Part shown: positions 29,479 to 39,013 of the stretch, in pieces | How the letters are laid out: the number at the start of each line of letters is the position of its first letter | Position numbering within the stretch: position 1 is the first letter of the stretch | Program-made: the position numbers and the translations under genes | Assembly (NCBI GenBank): GCA_003170415.1 | Contig: PMZJ01000041.1 | Span: forward strand, 22,520 to 86,519 | Source of the DNA: Phycisphaerales bacterium | GTDB taxonomy: Bacteria; Planctomycetota; Phycisphaerae; Sedimentisphaerales; Anaerobacaceae | DNA length: 64,000 nt | Reading direction: 5' to 3' | The notes under the pieces: model-generated | What the model saw: only the letters and a program-made list of their open reading frames with translations | Database searches by the model: none | Told to the model about the DNA's origin: nothing

Positions 29479-31179
29479 ATGAAAGAACTTTTAATACAAA
29501 CTGCGAAGCAGACCGGCATTGTCGATGCCGAGGTGCTGGCCAAGTTTTTGGAGGAGAACTCTGCGGGCCAACGCATCGATGAGGTGCTGCTTGCCTGCCC
29601 CAATTTTACCGAGGAGCAGGTGCTGCGTCTGTTCGCCTCGGCTATGGGGAGTGAATTTTTCTCCGAGATACCTGCCAAGCAGGTGCCCCCGGAATTCATC
29701 CAGACCGTCCCCGCGACTTATGCCCAGCATCATTCATTGATAGGAATAAAGACAGAAGCGAACAACGGCGAACTGACCGTTGTGCTTTCCAAGCCATTAG
29801 ATATTGCCGCGCTCGATAATGTATCGAAGATGACGGGTATGTCGGTTCGAGCGGGAGTTGCCACGCGTGCCGCCATAACTTCGATTATTGACGTCGCCTA
29901 CGAGCAGCGGACGACCGTAATAGATGAGGTGGTGGAGGAGCTGGATTCGCAAAACATCGACCAGATTGCCGATGAGGTCGCCGGCTCCGATGACCTGCTC
30001 GACGTGGTCAATCGTCCGCCCGTCATCCGGTTAGTCAACGACATCCTTTTTCGCGCCCTGCAGTTGAGAGCCAGCGATATTCACGTCCATCCATACGAAG
30101 CCAAAATACAGATTCGTACCCGAATCGACGGCATTCTTTATGACACTTTAAGTTTGAACAGGAACGTATTGCCGTTGATTGTCTCGCGTATCAAGGTTAT
30201 GGCGGGTATGGACATCGCCGAGCGCCGAATGCCGCAGGACGGCCGATGCAGCGTCCGGCTCGGCCAGCGGGAAATAGACCTTCGCGTCAGCACTGTCCCA
30301 ACAAGTTTCGGCGAACGCTGCGTCCTGCGTCTTTTGGACAAAAGCTCAGGCATTCTCACGCTCGACCAGCTCGGATTATGGGAGGACGACCGCAAAAGAT
30401 TCGATACGCTGCTGGAGCGCACCCACGGGATTATTTTCGTTACAGGCCCGACAGGCAGCGGCAAGAGCACCACCCTGTACGCCTGCCTTAACCGCATCAA
30501 TTCCGCGGAAAAAAACGTGATGACCGTAGAAGACCCAATTGAATACCAGCTCGAAGGTATCAGCCAGATGCAGGTCGCCTCCAAAAAGGGCGTTACCTTC
30601 GTAAACGCGCTGCGGCACGTTTTGCGACAGGACCCCGACGTGATAATGGTCGGCGAGGTTCGTGACGCGGAAACCGCACGAATGGCGATACAGTCCTCTC
30701 TTACCGGCCACCTCGTATTCAGCACCCTGCACACAAACGATTCGGCGGGAGCCATAAGCAGGTTGCTTGACCTGGGAGTGGAGCCATATTTGGTCAGCTC
30801 CTCACTAATTGCCATAATGGCACAACGGCTGCTGCGAAGGGTCTGCCCGGATTGCAAAAAAGAATATAAGCCCTCGACTCGCGAGCTTAGAGAGCTGGGG
30901 CTTGGAGATTTGCCTTCGCAGGCCCAGTTCTACATCGGCGCGGGCTGCGACAAGTGTTTCCAGACCGGATATCGCGGAAGGACAGGTATTTATGAGCTGA
31001 TGCTGATTAGCGAGGAAATTCAAAACCTGATATATCAAAGGACCAGCGCGGGTGCGATAAAGAAGGTCTCGCTTGACGCGGGCTTGCAAACCCTCAGAAT
31101 GGACGGCACTCGAAAGGTTCTCGCGGGAATAACCACTATTTCCGAGGTGCTTAGAGTTACACAGGCCGATGTGATATAG
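29479..31179 (+). CDS. gspE: Type II secretion ATPase
   Basis: ASDIHVHP, GPTGSGKSTT, LRQDPDVIMVGEVRD, TGHLVFSTLHTND, CxxC...CxxC. Confidence 0.95.
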   Translation: MKELLIQTAKQTGIVDAEVLAKFLEENSAGQRIDEVLLACPNFTEEQVLRLFASAMGSEFFSEIPAKQVPPEFIQTVPATYAQHHSLIGIKTEANNGELTVVLSKPLDIAALDNVSKMTGMSVRAGVATRAAITSIIDVAYEQRTTVIDEVVEELDSQNIDQIADEVAGSDDLLDVVNRPPVIRLVNDILFRALQLRASDIHVHPYEAKIQIRTRIDGILYDTLSLNRNVLPLIVSRIKVMAGMDIAERRMPQDGRCSVRLGQREIDLRVSTVPTSFGERCVLRLLDKSSGILTLDQLGLWEDDRKRFDTLLERTHGIIFVTGPTGSGKSTTLYACLNRINSAEKNVMTVEDPIEYQLEGISQMQVASKKGVTFVNALRHVLRQDPDVIMVGEVRDAETARMAIQSSLTGHLVFSTLHTNDSAGAISRLLDLGVEPYLVSSSLIAIMAQRLLRRVCPDCKKEYKPSTRELRELGLGDLPSQAQFYIGAGCDKCFQTGYRGRTGIYELMLISEEIQNLIYQRTSAGAIKKVSLDAGLQTLRMDGTRKVLAGITTISEVLRVTQADVI

Positions 31180-31191
31180 GAATTTTAGGTT

Positions 31192-32409
31192 ATGCCAAGA
31201 TACACCTATATAGCGATAGCAGCCGACGGCAAAAAGGCCAAAGGTACTATAACCGCCGAAAGCCCATACGCCGCCCGCAAGCAGTTGCGCATTCGCAACA
31301 TTCACCCGACCTCCATAAACGAGCTTGGAGCCGCCGAAGAGGGCAAATCCGCCATTGCCTCGGTTTTTACCAGGACCGGCAAAAAACAGATAATCGACTT
31401 CACCAAGCAGATGGCCACGCTGCTCAACTCAGGTATAAAACTTACCGAATCCCTGACGGTGCTGACAATGCAGGCGCCGGATACGAAATTCAAAAACGCC
31501 CTTACTGACATCCGCGACCGTGTGATTACAGGCGAATCGCTGACCGACGCTATGAAGGACTATGACGATTATTTCGACATAATCTACGTCAGTATGGTTC
31601 ACGTCGGCGAGGTTACCGGCTCGCTCGGAGCCGTTTTCGGCACTATCGGCAATTTTATGGGCAAGCGTCAAAAGGTCGAATCTAAAATCATTACGGCTAT
31701 GGTTTATCCGGCGATTCTTATGATTTTCGCCGTCGTTGTAATCCTTATTCTCACCACATTCGTAATACCCAAAATCGGCGCCCAGCTTGTCGCCGCAAAA
31801 CAGGAATTGCCCTGGATTACAAAGCAGTTGATGAATGTAAGCTATATTATGACAAGCTGGTGGGTGTTGCTTGTCATCGCGGCTATAATCGGGATGGTCT
31901 GGGGGTTAAGGCGGTTCTTCAAAACGAAGCGAGGAGCTTTTATGCGGGACAAGTTCCTGCTTTCGCTGCCTTTGTTTGGCCCGCTTATCAAACAGCGTGT
32001 GGTCTCGCGTTTTGCCTCTACGCTTTCGACGCTGCTGGGGTCAGGCCTGAGTATGGCTGAGTCATTCCGCGTCGTCGGCGAGGTTACGGGAAATACCCTG
32101 ATGAAACGCGCTATCGAGCAGGCCAGAGAGAGAATCCTCGCCGGCGCAGACGTCGCCACGCCGTTGCGCGACAGCGGCGTCATTGACCCGTCGATAGCCC
32201 ATATGGTTACCGTCGGCGAGAAAAGCGGCGAGCTCGAAAATATGCTAAAAAACATCAGCGACGGTCTTGAAGAAAACACCGACATCGTCATAGAGCGGCT
32301 CAGTGCCGCGGTCGAGCCGGTCGTCATCGTTTTTATTGCGGTAATTGTCGGCATCATTGCTCTGGCCATAATGCTGCCGATTTTGAAGATTTCACAAATG
32401 GCTATGTAG
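31192..32409 (+). CDS. gspF: Type II secretion inner membrane platform protein
   Basis: Two GspF domains (VGEVTGSL, VGEKSGEL), YP motif, TM helices. Confidence 0.93.
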   Translation: MPRYTYIAIAADGKKAKGTITAESPYAARKQLRIRNIHPTSINELGAAEEGKSAIASVFTRTGKKQIIDFTKQMATLLNSGIKLTESLTVLTMQAPDTKFKNALTDIRDRVITGESLTDAMKDYDDYFDIIYVSMVHVGEVTGSLGAVFGTIGNFMGKRQKVESKIITAMVYPAILMIFAVVVILILTTFVIPKIGAQLVAAKQELPWITKQLMNVSYIMTSWWVLLVIAAIIGMVWGLRRFFKTKRGAFMRDKFLLSLPLFGPLIKQRVVSRFASTLSTLLGSGLSMAESFRVVGEVTGNTLMKRAIEQARERILAGADVATPLRDSGVIDPSIAHMVTVGEKSGELENMLKNISDGLEENTDIVIERLSAAVEPVVIVFIAVIVGIIALAIMLPILKISQMAM

Positions 32410-32437
32410 CCCCGGATAGCCGGAACTGGAGTTGATT

Positions 32438-32899
32438 ATGAAAAAACTACGAACTACAAACTACGAACTACGAAACGAAAAACGCCGGGCATTCACAATG
32501 ATAGAAATTATGGCGGTCATTGTGATTATCGGCATTCTCGCCGGCATCGTAGCTGTCAGCGTCGTGGGTAAAATCGACAAGGCCCGGGTTATCTCCACCA
32601 AGGCCAGTTTGAAAATGCTCCACAGCGCAGTCATTCAGTTCAAGCTCGACACGGGCCGATACCCAACCGAAGAGGCCGGCCTGCAGGAACTTATCGAACA
32701 ACCCACCGATGTAACCGGCTGGAATACGGGAGGATACCTCGAATCAACAACTTTGCCGAAAGACGCCTGGGGAAACGATTTTGTATATCAACTGCTCCCT
32801 GAAAGCGGCAAACCGTTCGTTATTATCAGCTATGGAGCAAACGGCGAAGAAGGCGGCGAGGGTTATGACGCAGACCTTTACAGCACGGACGCCCAGTAA
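32438..32899 (+). CDS. gspG: Major pseudopilin
   Basis: RA|FTMIE N-methyl motif, FKLDTGRYPT, LPKDAWGNDF, ISYGANG. Confidence 0.93.
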   Translation: MKKLRTTNYELRNEKRRAFTMIEIMAVIVIIGILAGIVAVSVVGKIDKARVISTKASLKMLHSAVIQFKLDTGRYPTEEAGLQELIEQPTDVTGWNTGGYLESTTLPKDAWGNDFVYQLLPESGKPFVIISYGANGEEGGEGYDADLYSTDAQ

Positions 32900-32916
32900 C
32901 AGAGGACGGAAAACAG

Positions 32917-33552
32917 ATGACAGATGACAGAAGGCAGAGAATCCCGCTTCGCCCAAAGGGCTATGTAAGGCAGGCAGAAGGCAGAAAACGGTTGGCCGTT
33001 CTCCGTCCTCAGTCCTCCGTCTTCCGTCTTCGGGCTTTTACGCTGGCGGAGTCGATGGTAGTAGTCGTTATCATCTCGCTGCTGATACTGATAGCCGCCA
33101 CAAACCTCAAAGGCGTCATTACCAAAAACTCCTTCAAAGCCAAAAGTCAGGGGCTTGTCGCCGCTCTTGAAGCTGCCTCGACCAGCGCCAGCCAGAGCGA
33201 CAAAAGATACGAAGTCATCATAGATATCCCGCAGCAAAGCTATCTCCTCCGCGAAATTTCATCTTCCAATCTTGCCGATGTTCTTGATGAAGAAATCATT
33301 GCCGAGGAGGATTTCGGCACCAACTGCACGGTTTCATACGTTATGTTCGACGACGGCCAGTTCACAAACGAAGACAAGGCCAAGTTTCGCGCGAGCCGGG
33401 CGGGATGGCAGTTTGGCGGCATAATTGTGTTGCTCGACTCGGAAGGGCAGCCCTGGTCCATCATCGTTGACCGACTAAGCAACATTGTTCGTGTGCAGCC
33501 CGGCGAAGCGCAAATCGTCTGGCCGAGGAGCAAAGATGAATTGCCCTTCTGA
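32917..33552 (+). CDS. Minor pseudopilin, GspH-like
   Basis: RA|FTLAE plus hydrophobic helix; position after gspG. Confidence 0.75.
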   Translation: MTDDRRQRIPLRPKGYVRQAEGRKRLAVLRPQSSVFRLRAFTLAESMVVVVIISLLILIAATNLKGVITKNSFKAKSQGLVAALEAASTSASQSDKRYEVIIDIPQQSYLLREISSSNLADVLDEEIIAEEDFGTNCTVSYVMFDDGQFTNEDKAKFRASRAGWQFGGIIVLLDSEGQPWSIIVDRLSNIVRVQPGEAQIVWPRSKDELPF

Positions 33553-34429
33553 AGACAGAAAACGGAGGACAGAAGACAGAAGACAGGGGACGAGCATCTG
33601 TCATCCGTCATCTGTCATCCGTCATCGGGCTTTTACGCTGGTTGAAAGTATGGCCTCCGTCGCGCTGCTTGCCTTCATCGGCGTAAGCGTCTGGTTAGTG
33701 CTGGAACGCTGCACGGCCTCCGCGGCGGACTCGATTCAACGTATGCGTGCCTTTGAGATCGCCCGCGAAAATATGGAAAAGCTCCTTGGTTCCGACTCTG
33801 TACAGGAAGGAACCGAATACGGCATAAGCGAAAAATTTCAGGACATCCGCTGGCAGACCGCCGTCGAGGGCTTCTACGAACCGGTTACATCGCATATGTG
33901 GGCTCGCGCGGTCTGCTCCGCCGAATATACCGACTCGGGGGGCGAAACCAAAAATGTCGAGCTTACCCACTGGCTCACCCGACTGACCGACGCACAGTCG
34001 GCGCAGTTGACGGCAAGGTCGGCGATGCAGAAACAATTACTTGTAAAGTATATTGTCGAGACCGAGGAGCTGGCCGCCGAATACGCCGGTGTTGATGCCA
34101 AAACCATCCAGCAGTGGGTCAAAAACGGTATGCCAATGACGGAATCAGGCGAATATCTTGAGCCCTGGCTGGACTTGTACCTGCAAACCGACGGCAACCC
34201 GACGGAACAGGACAGGCAGGACACATTGGCTGAGTATCCTGAACTGTCGATTACCAGGCCGAAGAAAGCAACCCAGGACGGACTAACAACGCCTGGGTCG
34301 CAGTCGCCTGCGACACCGGAATCACAGGTGCAACCGGGTTCCAACTCATCGAACCCCGAAACAGCGACCCCGGAAGAGCTCGACCCGGAGCTGCAGAAAA
34401 AAATAGATGAATTGATGAAGAAACAGTAG
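33536..34429 (+). CDS. Minor pseudopilin, GspI-like, with a C-terminal HTH-like extension
   Basis: RA|FTLVE; long C-terminus containing ELAAEYAGVDAKTIQQWVKNGMP. Confidence 0.75.
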   Translation: MNCPSEDRKRRTEDRRQGTSICHPSSVIRHRAFTLVESMASVALLAFIGVSVWLVLERCTASAADSIQRMRAFEIARENMEKLLGSDSVQEGTEYGISEKFQDIRWQTAVEGFYEPVTSHMWARAVCSAEYTDSGGETKNVELTHWLTRLTDAQSAQLTARSAMQKQLLVKYIVETEELAAEYAGVDAKTIQQWVKNGMPMTESGEYLEPWLDLYLQTDGNPTEQDRQDTLAEYPELSITRPKKATQDGLTTPGSQSPATPESQVQPGSNSSNPETATPEELDPELQKKIDELMKKQ

Positions 34430-34448
34430 CCGGCAATTTGTCGTCGAT

Positions 34449-35264
34449 ATGCAACCAATAAAAAACAAAATATATTCTTTTGAACGGGCCTTCACGCTTG
34501 TCGAGGTGCTTGCCGCCCTGACCGTCGGCACGATGGTTCTAATTGTAGTCATGGCTCTCTACAACAGGGGGCAGAGCGGGTCAGCCGCTGTCATTGACAG
34601 GATAGAAAGCGACCGTTTGCCTCGCGAAGTATTTCAGCGAATCGCTGAAGACCTTGACCGGGTTGTCGGCGCAGGGCAGGGGACTCAAATTGATATCTTA
34701 AACAAGTTTCAGGATGGGTTTTCCGCCGCGAAGATTGAAATAGTCCGGAACATTACCGATGCCAAGGACCAATCGCAAATATTTGAAAAAATCATCTGGC
34801 AAAGCAGCATTGACCCCGACAGCGGATTACTCACCTTGTACCGCAGCCATTCCGGAATTGCGCTCGAAGACACACTGCTCGACTCGCAGAAAGAGGCCTG
34901 GCAGCAAGAGGTTTTTGTGCCGATTTGCACGGGCCTTACCTTGTTCAGAATCGAGGTCCCGCAAGGGGAAACTTCCATCGACCAGTGGACGGGCGAAGCT
35001 CTTCCGCCAGCAGTTAAAGTGACATTGTCGTTCGCCCAGCCGTATAAGACGGTAACCGGCACATTTGATGTCCCGGAGCAGGACAAGCTGGTTCGCACCA
35101 TCGCTATCGACAGAACCCGCAAGCTGGCGTTTAATATACCGGCGCTTGACGCCAACCAGTCGGCCGATGCCAACGGGAAGTCCGATGCCAATCAGCCGAC
35201 AGATGCTAATCAGCCGGTCGATGTTGAGGAATCGGGTAGTCCTATGCCATTTTTACGAAGATAA
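34449..35264 (+). CDS. Minor pseudopilin, GspJ-like
   Basis: RA|FTLVE; DQWT..ALPPAVKVTL GspJ-type motif; DAN-repeat tail. Confidence 0.8.
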   Translation: MQPIKNKIYSFERAFTLVEVLAALTVGTMVLIVVMALYNRGQSGSAAVIDRIESDRLPREVFQRIAEDLDRVVGAGQGTQIDILNKFQDGFSAAKIEIVRNITDAKDQSQIFEKIIWQSSIDPDSGLLTLYRSHSGIALEDTLLDSQKEAWQQEVFVPICTGLTLFRIEVPQGETSIDQWTGEALPPAVKVTLSFAQPYKTVTGTFDVPEQDKLVRTIAIDRTRKLAFNIPALDANQSADANGKSDANQPTDANQPVDVEESGSPMPFLRR

Positions 35265-35284
35265 AATAATACAGGAGCAGCCCT

Positions 35285-36652
35285 TTGAGTAGTAACCTGT
35301 TTAGTTGTCAGAATAATCCGCCGGCCGCAGAAGCCGAGCCGTCGGCTCGTACGGCTCGACTGAACTCGTCGAAGTCCAGCGGCATCGTGCTTCTGGTAAC
35401 AATGGTTGTGCTGCTGATCCTGGTGACTCTTGGATACACCCTGGCCAGCCGCGTTTCGGCTCAGCGCCACAGGGACAATTATATCATTGATTATGCCAAT
35501 GCCTGTTATGCCCGCGATTCGGCGATTAAATACGCACTGGCCTCGCTGGAGGACATGAACGGCATTGAGTTTGTTTCCCGTCCCAATGAGCCGGATTTTT
35601 CCGACCTTTTCCATCTCAGTGAACCGGATTACCGTCAACTGCTTGAACAATGGGCAGCAGAGCTTGCGAAAAATCAGCCAGAGCCGCTCGATAATAACTC
35701 CGGCGAACAGCCGGAATCTCCGAATTCGGCAGGAGTTGACGAAAATGGAACTATCCAGGAAGCTAACGACTCGAACGGGAACCTTGCCGCCGACTCGAAT
35801 GCCATTGACAAGTTAAAGATACGCGGGCCTTATGGGCCGGCCTGGCCTTTCATAACCGAGCCGGTCGAATTTGAAATCGGCTCTACAACCGTGAAAATAG
35901 AAATCGAAGATGAAAATGCAAAATACCCGGTGGGCTGGGCCATCCTCGATGATGAAAAAGTCCAGCGTGAGGCCCAGGCGGGCCTCGAGACATTCTGCGA
36001 ATGGATGGGATTTAATTCTGACCAGATAGAATCCGTCAAGGGACAGCTAAAACAAATCGGCGCAATAAAGCCCTTCAAGGTCGAATTCAAACCCGTTGTG
36101 CAGAGAAGTCCTGTTACAACCCAGGTCCCCAACTCAGCCAGGCGGGGTGCGAGGACCCAGAGAGTCGTTTATAGGACAACAACCGTTTCGCAGGCAGAAC
36201 TTATGGTCAAACAAACCAAGGATTTTTCAAAACTTTTCCACAGTTCCCTCCTCGACACGCAAATGCTCGCTGCACCCACAATTATAAGCGAAGACAGAAA
36301 AGAATCGGCGCTCAAGTATATGGGTTTGTGGGGGACGACTCAGGTCAATATCAACTCGGCGCCAAGAAACGTGCTTGAAGCCGCCTTTACTTTCGGGGGC
36401 GACGCCGACAAGATAGCAGATGAAATCATAAAAGAAAGGCGCGAAAAGACGTTCGCCAGTATCGATGAACTGAAAAAAGAGTTGTTTAGTTTTTCCGATT
36501 CTATCGAAAAAAGCAGACCTTACATCACCACGACCAGCAGCGTGTTTTCGATACACGTTACCGCCTCAAGCGGTGTGGCAAAGGCCTCGGCTATCATCGT
36601 TGTGCTGAAAAATGGCGGCAAAATCGAACGAGTCGCCATTATGTGCGGATAA
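35285..36652 (+). CDS. gspK: Minor pseudopilin GspK
   Basis: SG|IVLL without Glu5; IEDENAK, VNINSAP...FASIDEL helix-hairpin-helix region. Confidence 0.85.
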   Translation: MSSNLFSCQNNPPAAEAEPSARTARLNSSKSSGIVLLVTMVVLLILVTLGYTLASRVSAQRHRDNYIIDYANACYARDSAIKYALASLEDMNGIEFVSRPNEPDFSDLFHLSEPDYRQLLEQWAAELAKNQPEPLDNNSGEQPESPNSAGVDENGTIQEANDSNGNLAADSNAIDKLKIRGPYGPAWPFITEPVEFEIGSTTVKIEIEDENAKYPVGWAILDDEKVQREAQAGLETFCEWMGFNSDQIESVKGQLKQIGAIKPFKVEFKPVVQRSPVTTQVPNSARRGARTQRVVYRTTTVSQAELMVKQTKDFSKLFHSSLLDTQMLAAPTIISEDRKESALKYMGLWGTTQVNINSAPRNVLEAAFTFGGDADKIADEIIKERREKTFASIDELKKELFSFSDSIEKSRPYITTTSSVFSIHVTASSGVAKASAIIVVLKNGGKIERVAIMCG

Positions 36653-36724
36653 CTGTTGCCGACTTAAAGGAGATGATTGGAAAATGGATTTGCCGCCAAA
36701 CATCAGGAATAGTCGATTAGGAGC

Positions 36725-38218
36725 TTGCTGAAAGTGCAACCTACAAACTTTCTCGGAATATACCTGGCCAAAGACCACGCCACGGTTGTCTGTCTGGCCG
36801 TCCAGGGCCGCGACAGAAACTTCGTTGGCTGTTTCAGTGTTTCGATAGAGCAGGACGAACAACCAGGCCACCGGATGCTGGCCCAGCGCATCGCGGCCGC
36901 CTGCGCCGAAAAGCAGATTAAATTTACTGAAGCGGCGGTTGCCCTGGATTGTGCGATGTTTATGCAGCACAGCATCCACAGCGAGTTTTCCGATGTCAAA
37001 AAAATCACCCAGACGGTCCGCTTCGATACTGAAGAGGCCCTCGGCACCGACGCCACAGACGTCGCAATCGCATTCAAAATAGATTCTACCGACCAGACCG
37101 GCTCAAATATTAGCGCCTTTACCGCGCAAAAGCAACTGCTCGCTGAACTGCTCGGTGCCCTGCAAAGCAACAACATTGACCCCGTCAGCTTAGAGCCCGA
37201 CGTCAATTGCCTGGCAAGGTTCGTCTGCCAGAATATCTCGCTGCCCCCTGATGCCCGCCCGTTGTTCGCGTTCCTGTCCCGGCGAAACGGCTACTTTATT
37301 GCGCCCGTTTCTTCTGTCTGGCAGGGCGTATCTCCGACGCCGGCCGCCTCGATGCGAACCTTTCTGCTCAGCGCATCACAAAACAGAAACGAGATGCTGG
37401 TAAAACAGGTATCTATGACCACCGCGCTGCTTCAAACAGCCGGGGTCATTAATCGCCTTGAAATCTTCGATGTTGCCGATTCGCTGGTCTGCGATGATAT
37501 CTCCAAAAAACTCACCGTTCAAACAAATCGCATCGACATAGTCGGTTCAGCGAGATTGTCTGCCGAGAACCTGGCTGACTGCCCCGACGCAGTCGAATTC
37601 GCAATCGCTTACGGCGCCGCGATTGCGTACCTCGACCTGCCTCACAGCACGAACTTCCGCAGCGATTTTATGCCTTATCAGGGCAGGAAGATGCGTCTGC
37701 AGCGGACCCTCAAGTTTTTCACCGTCGCCGCGGTCATTCTTATGTTCGCCGCCGGCCTATATGGTCTGATGCAGGCAGTTCAGCTTAACAAGTATCGTGC
37801 CCAGATGCGGGTGAAATTCACCAAAGAGTTCTCGGCCGTTATGTTCGGCGAGAAGATGCCTAACAAATCAAAAGAGGCGGCCAGGAAAATCGGCACAGCG
37901 CTACGGCGCATCAAAGAGGCGCAAAAGGGCTTTTCCCTTACCGGGGAAGAGGCAGTCGCGGCGAAACTTGCCCTTGTGCTTCAGGCATTCAATAAGTGCG
38001 CGGCGGCCACGGGGCTGAATATCGAATCCGTCTCCATAACCGACAAAATGATAACCATAAATGGCGACACTCCCCCGGAAAACACACTCAGAGTGTTTGA
38101 AGCTCTCAGGCAGGCCGGCTTAACTATTCTCCAGCAGCGAATCAGCCCCAACGGCGGACGCAGCACCTTCGGTGTAACGGTTGAACCCACCACAAAACAA
38201 GGCGGAGGCGGCCAATGA
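36725..38218 (+). CDS. GspL / PilM-PilN-like assembly protein (start may be GTG 36734)
   Basis: Actin-like N-terminal LGIYL, single TM, periplasmic ferredoxin-like C-terminus; operon position. Confidence 0.7.
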   Translation: MLKVQPTNFLGIYLAKDHATVVCLAVQGRDRNFVGCFSVSIEQDEQPGHRMLAQRIAAACAEKQIKFTEAAVALDCAMFMQHSIHSEFSDVKKITQTVRFDTEEALGTDATDVAIAFKIDSTDQTGSNISAFTAQKQLLAELLGALQSNNIDPVSLEPDVNCLARFVCQNISLPPDARPLFAFLSRRNGYFIAPVSSVWQGVSPTPAASMRTFLLSASQNRNEMLVKQVSMTTALLQTAGVINRLEIFDVADSLVCDDISKKLTVQTNRIDIVGSARLSAENLADCPDAVEFAIAYGAAIAYLDLPHSTNFRSDFMPYQGRKMRLQRTLKFFTVAAVILMFAAGLYGLMQAVQLNKYRAQMRVKFTKEFSAVMFGEKMPNKSKEAARKIGTALRRIKEAQKGFSLTGEEAVAAKLALVLQAFNKCAAATGLNIESVSITDKMITINGDTPPENTLRVFEALRQAGLTILQQRISPNGGRSTFGVTVEPTTKQGGGGQ

Positions 38219-38724
38219 AAGATATAAGAGAAATATATAAAAACCCGATGTTTTATTACATACTTATCCCTGCCCTCGCCGCCCTTTGGCCGGCCATTAT
38301 CTGGGGCGTTTATCTGCCGGCCGCACGGGCTAATCTCAGTGAAGAAATGGACCAGTTCACCAAGGCCGAGCAACTGATTGAGGAATTGCTCGCGGCCGAC
38401 CCCGAACGCCTGAATTTCACAAAGGAAAAGAACGCGGCGAGCGGGTTCGATTACGCTACCGCCGTCCAGCAGGCCGCCGAATTCTGCTCCGTTCCCGCCG
38501 GCAATTACAAGTTGTCTTCCGGCATAATCACTAAATCCGAGGGCCAGAAAAGCCAGTCCGCCAACGTCTCGCTGAAGGGTGTTGAGATAACCAAGGCAGC
38601 CAGATTCCTGTCCACAATCCAGTTGCGCTGGTCGGGTCTTCAGTGCACCAAGATAGCCCTGCGAAAGAACAAGGGCGTACCCGACGCCTGGGATGTTGAC
38701 CTGACGTTCAAGTATTATTATTGA
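38215..38724 (+). CDS. GspM/PilO-like protein
   Basis: N-terminal TM, coiled coil, ATGA overlap with gspL, last gene of the operon. Confidence 0.65.
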   Translation: MKDIREIYKNPMFYYILIPALAALWPAIIWGVYLPAARANLSEEMDQFTKAEQLIEELLAADPERLNFTKEKNAASGFDYATAVQQAAEFCSVPAGNYKLSSGIITKSEGQKSQSANVSLKGVEITKAARFLSTIQLRWSGLQCTKIALRKNKGVPDAWDVDLTFKYYY

Positions 38725-38730
38725 CGCCAC

Positions 38731-38830
38731 GTTGCGTATTGCGTCCGCCGTAAGGTGTCCCTTTCGGGAGTGCGTGATACGTATTGCGTGTTTCGTTCGC
38801 ACTGCGCAGGACGCGATACGCACGACGAAA
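38731..38830. repeat. Heptamer-like (tgcgtat) inverted array with an embedded REP-like hairpin
   Basis: ttgcgtattgcgt...ccgtaaggtgtccctttcggga...acgcgatacgcacgacg; related ccgaaaggcatcccttccggga at about 26-47. Confidence 0.55.
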
Positions 38831-39013
38831 CTAATTGAGACAATAGAGCTAACGCGTGACCAGCATAAATAAATGTGCTGTTTCGGTCAGATTTGAAGGT
38901 CAATTACCAAAAAGCTGCTCTGTGACCCGTACCGAGCCAAGTTCGTCAATTCTAAAACCCAAAACCTGTCTTGCGGCGGCTATAGAAGATTATATGGTCC
39001 GTATTACGTGCAT

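Noticed and set aside
36673..36731. Short ORFs after AAGGAG between gspK and gspL
   Set aside because: Only 15 codons, poor SD spacing and no recognisable features
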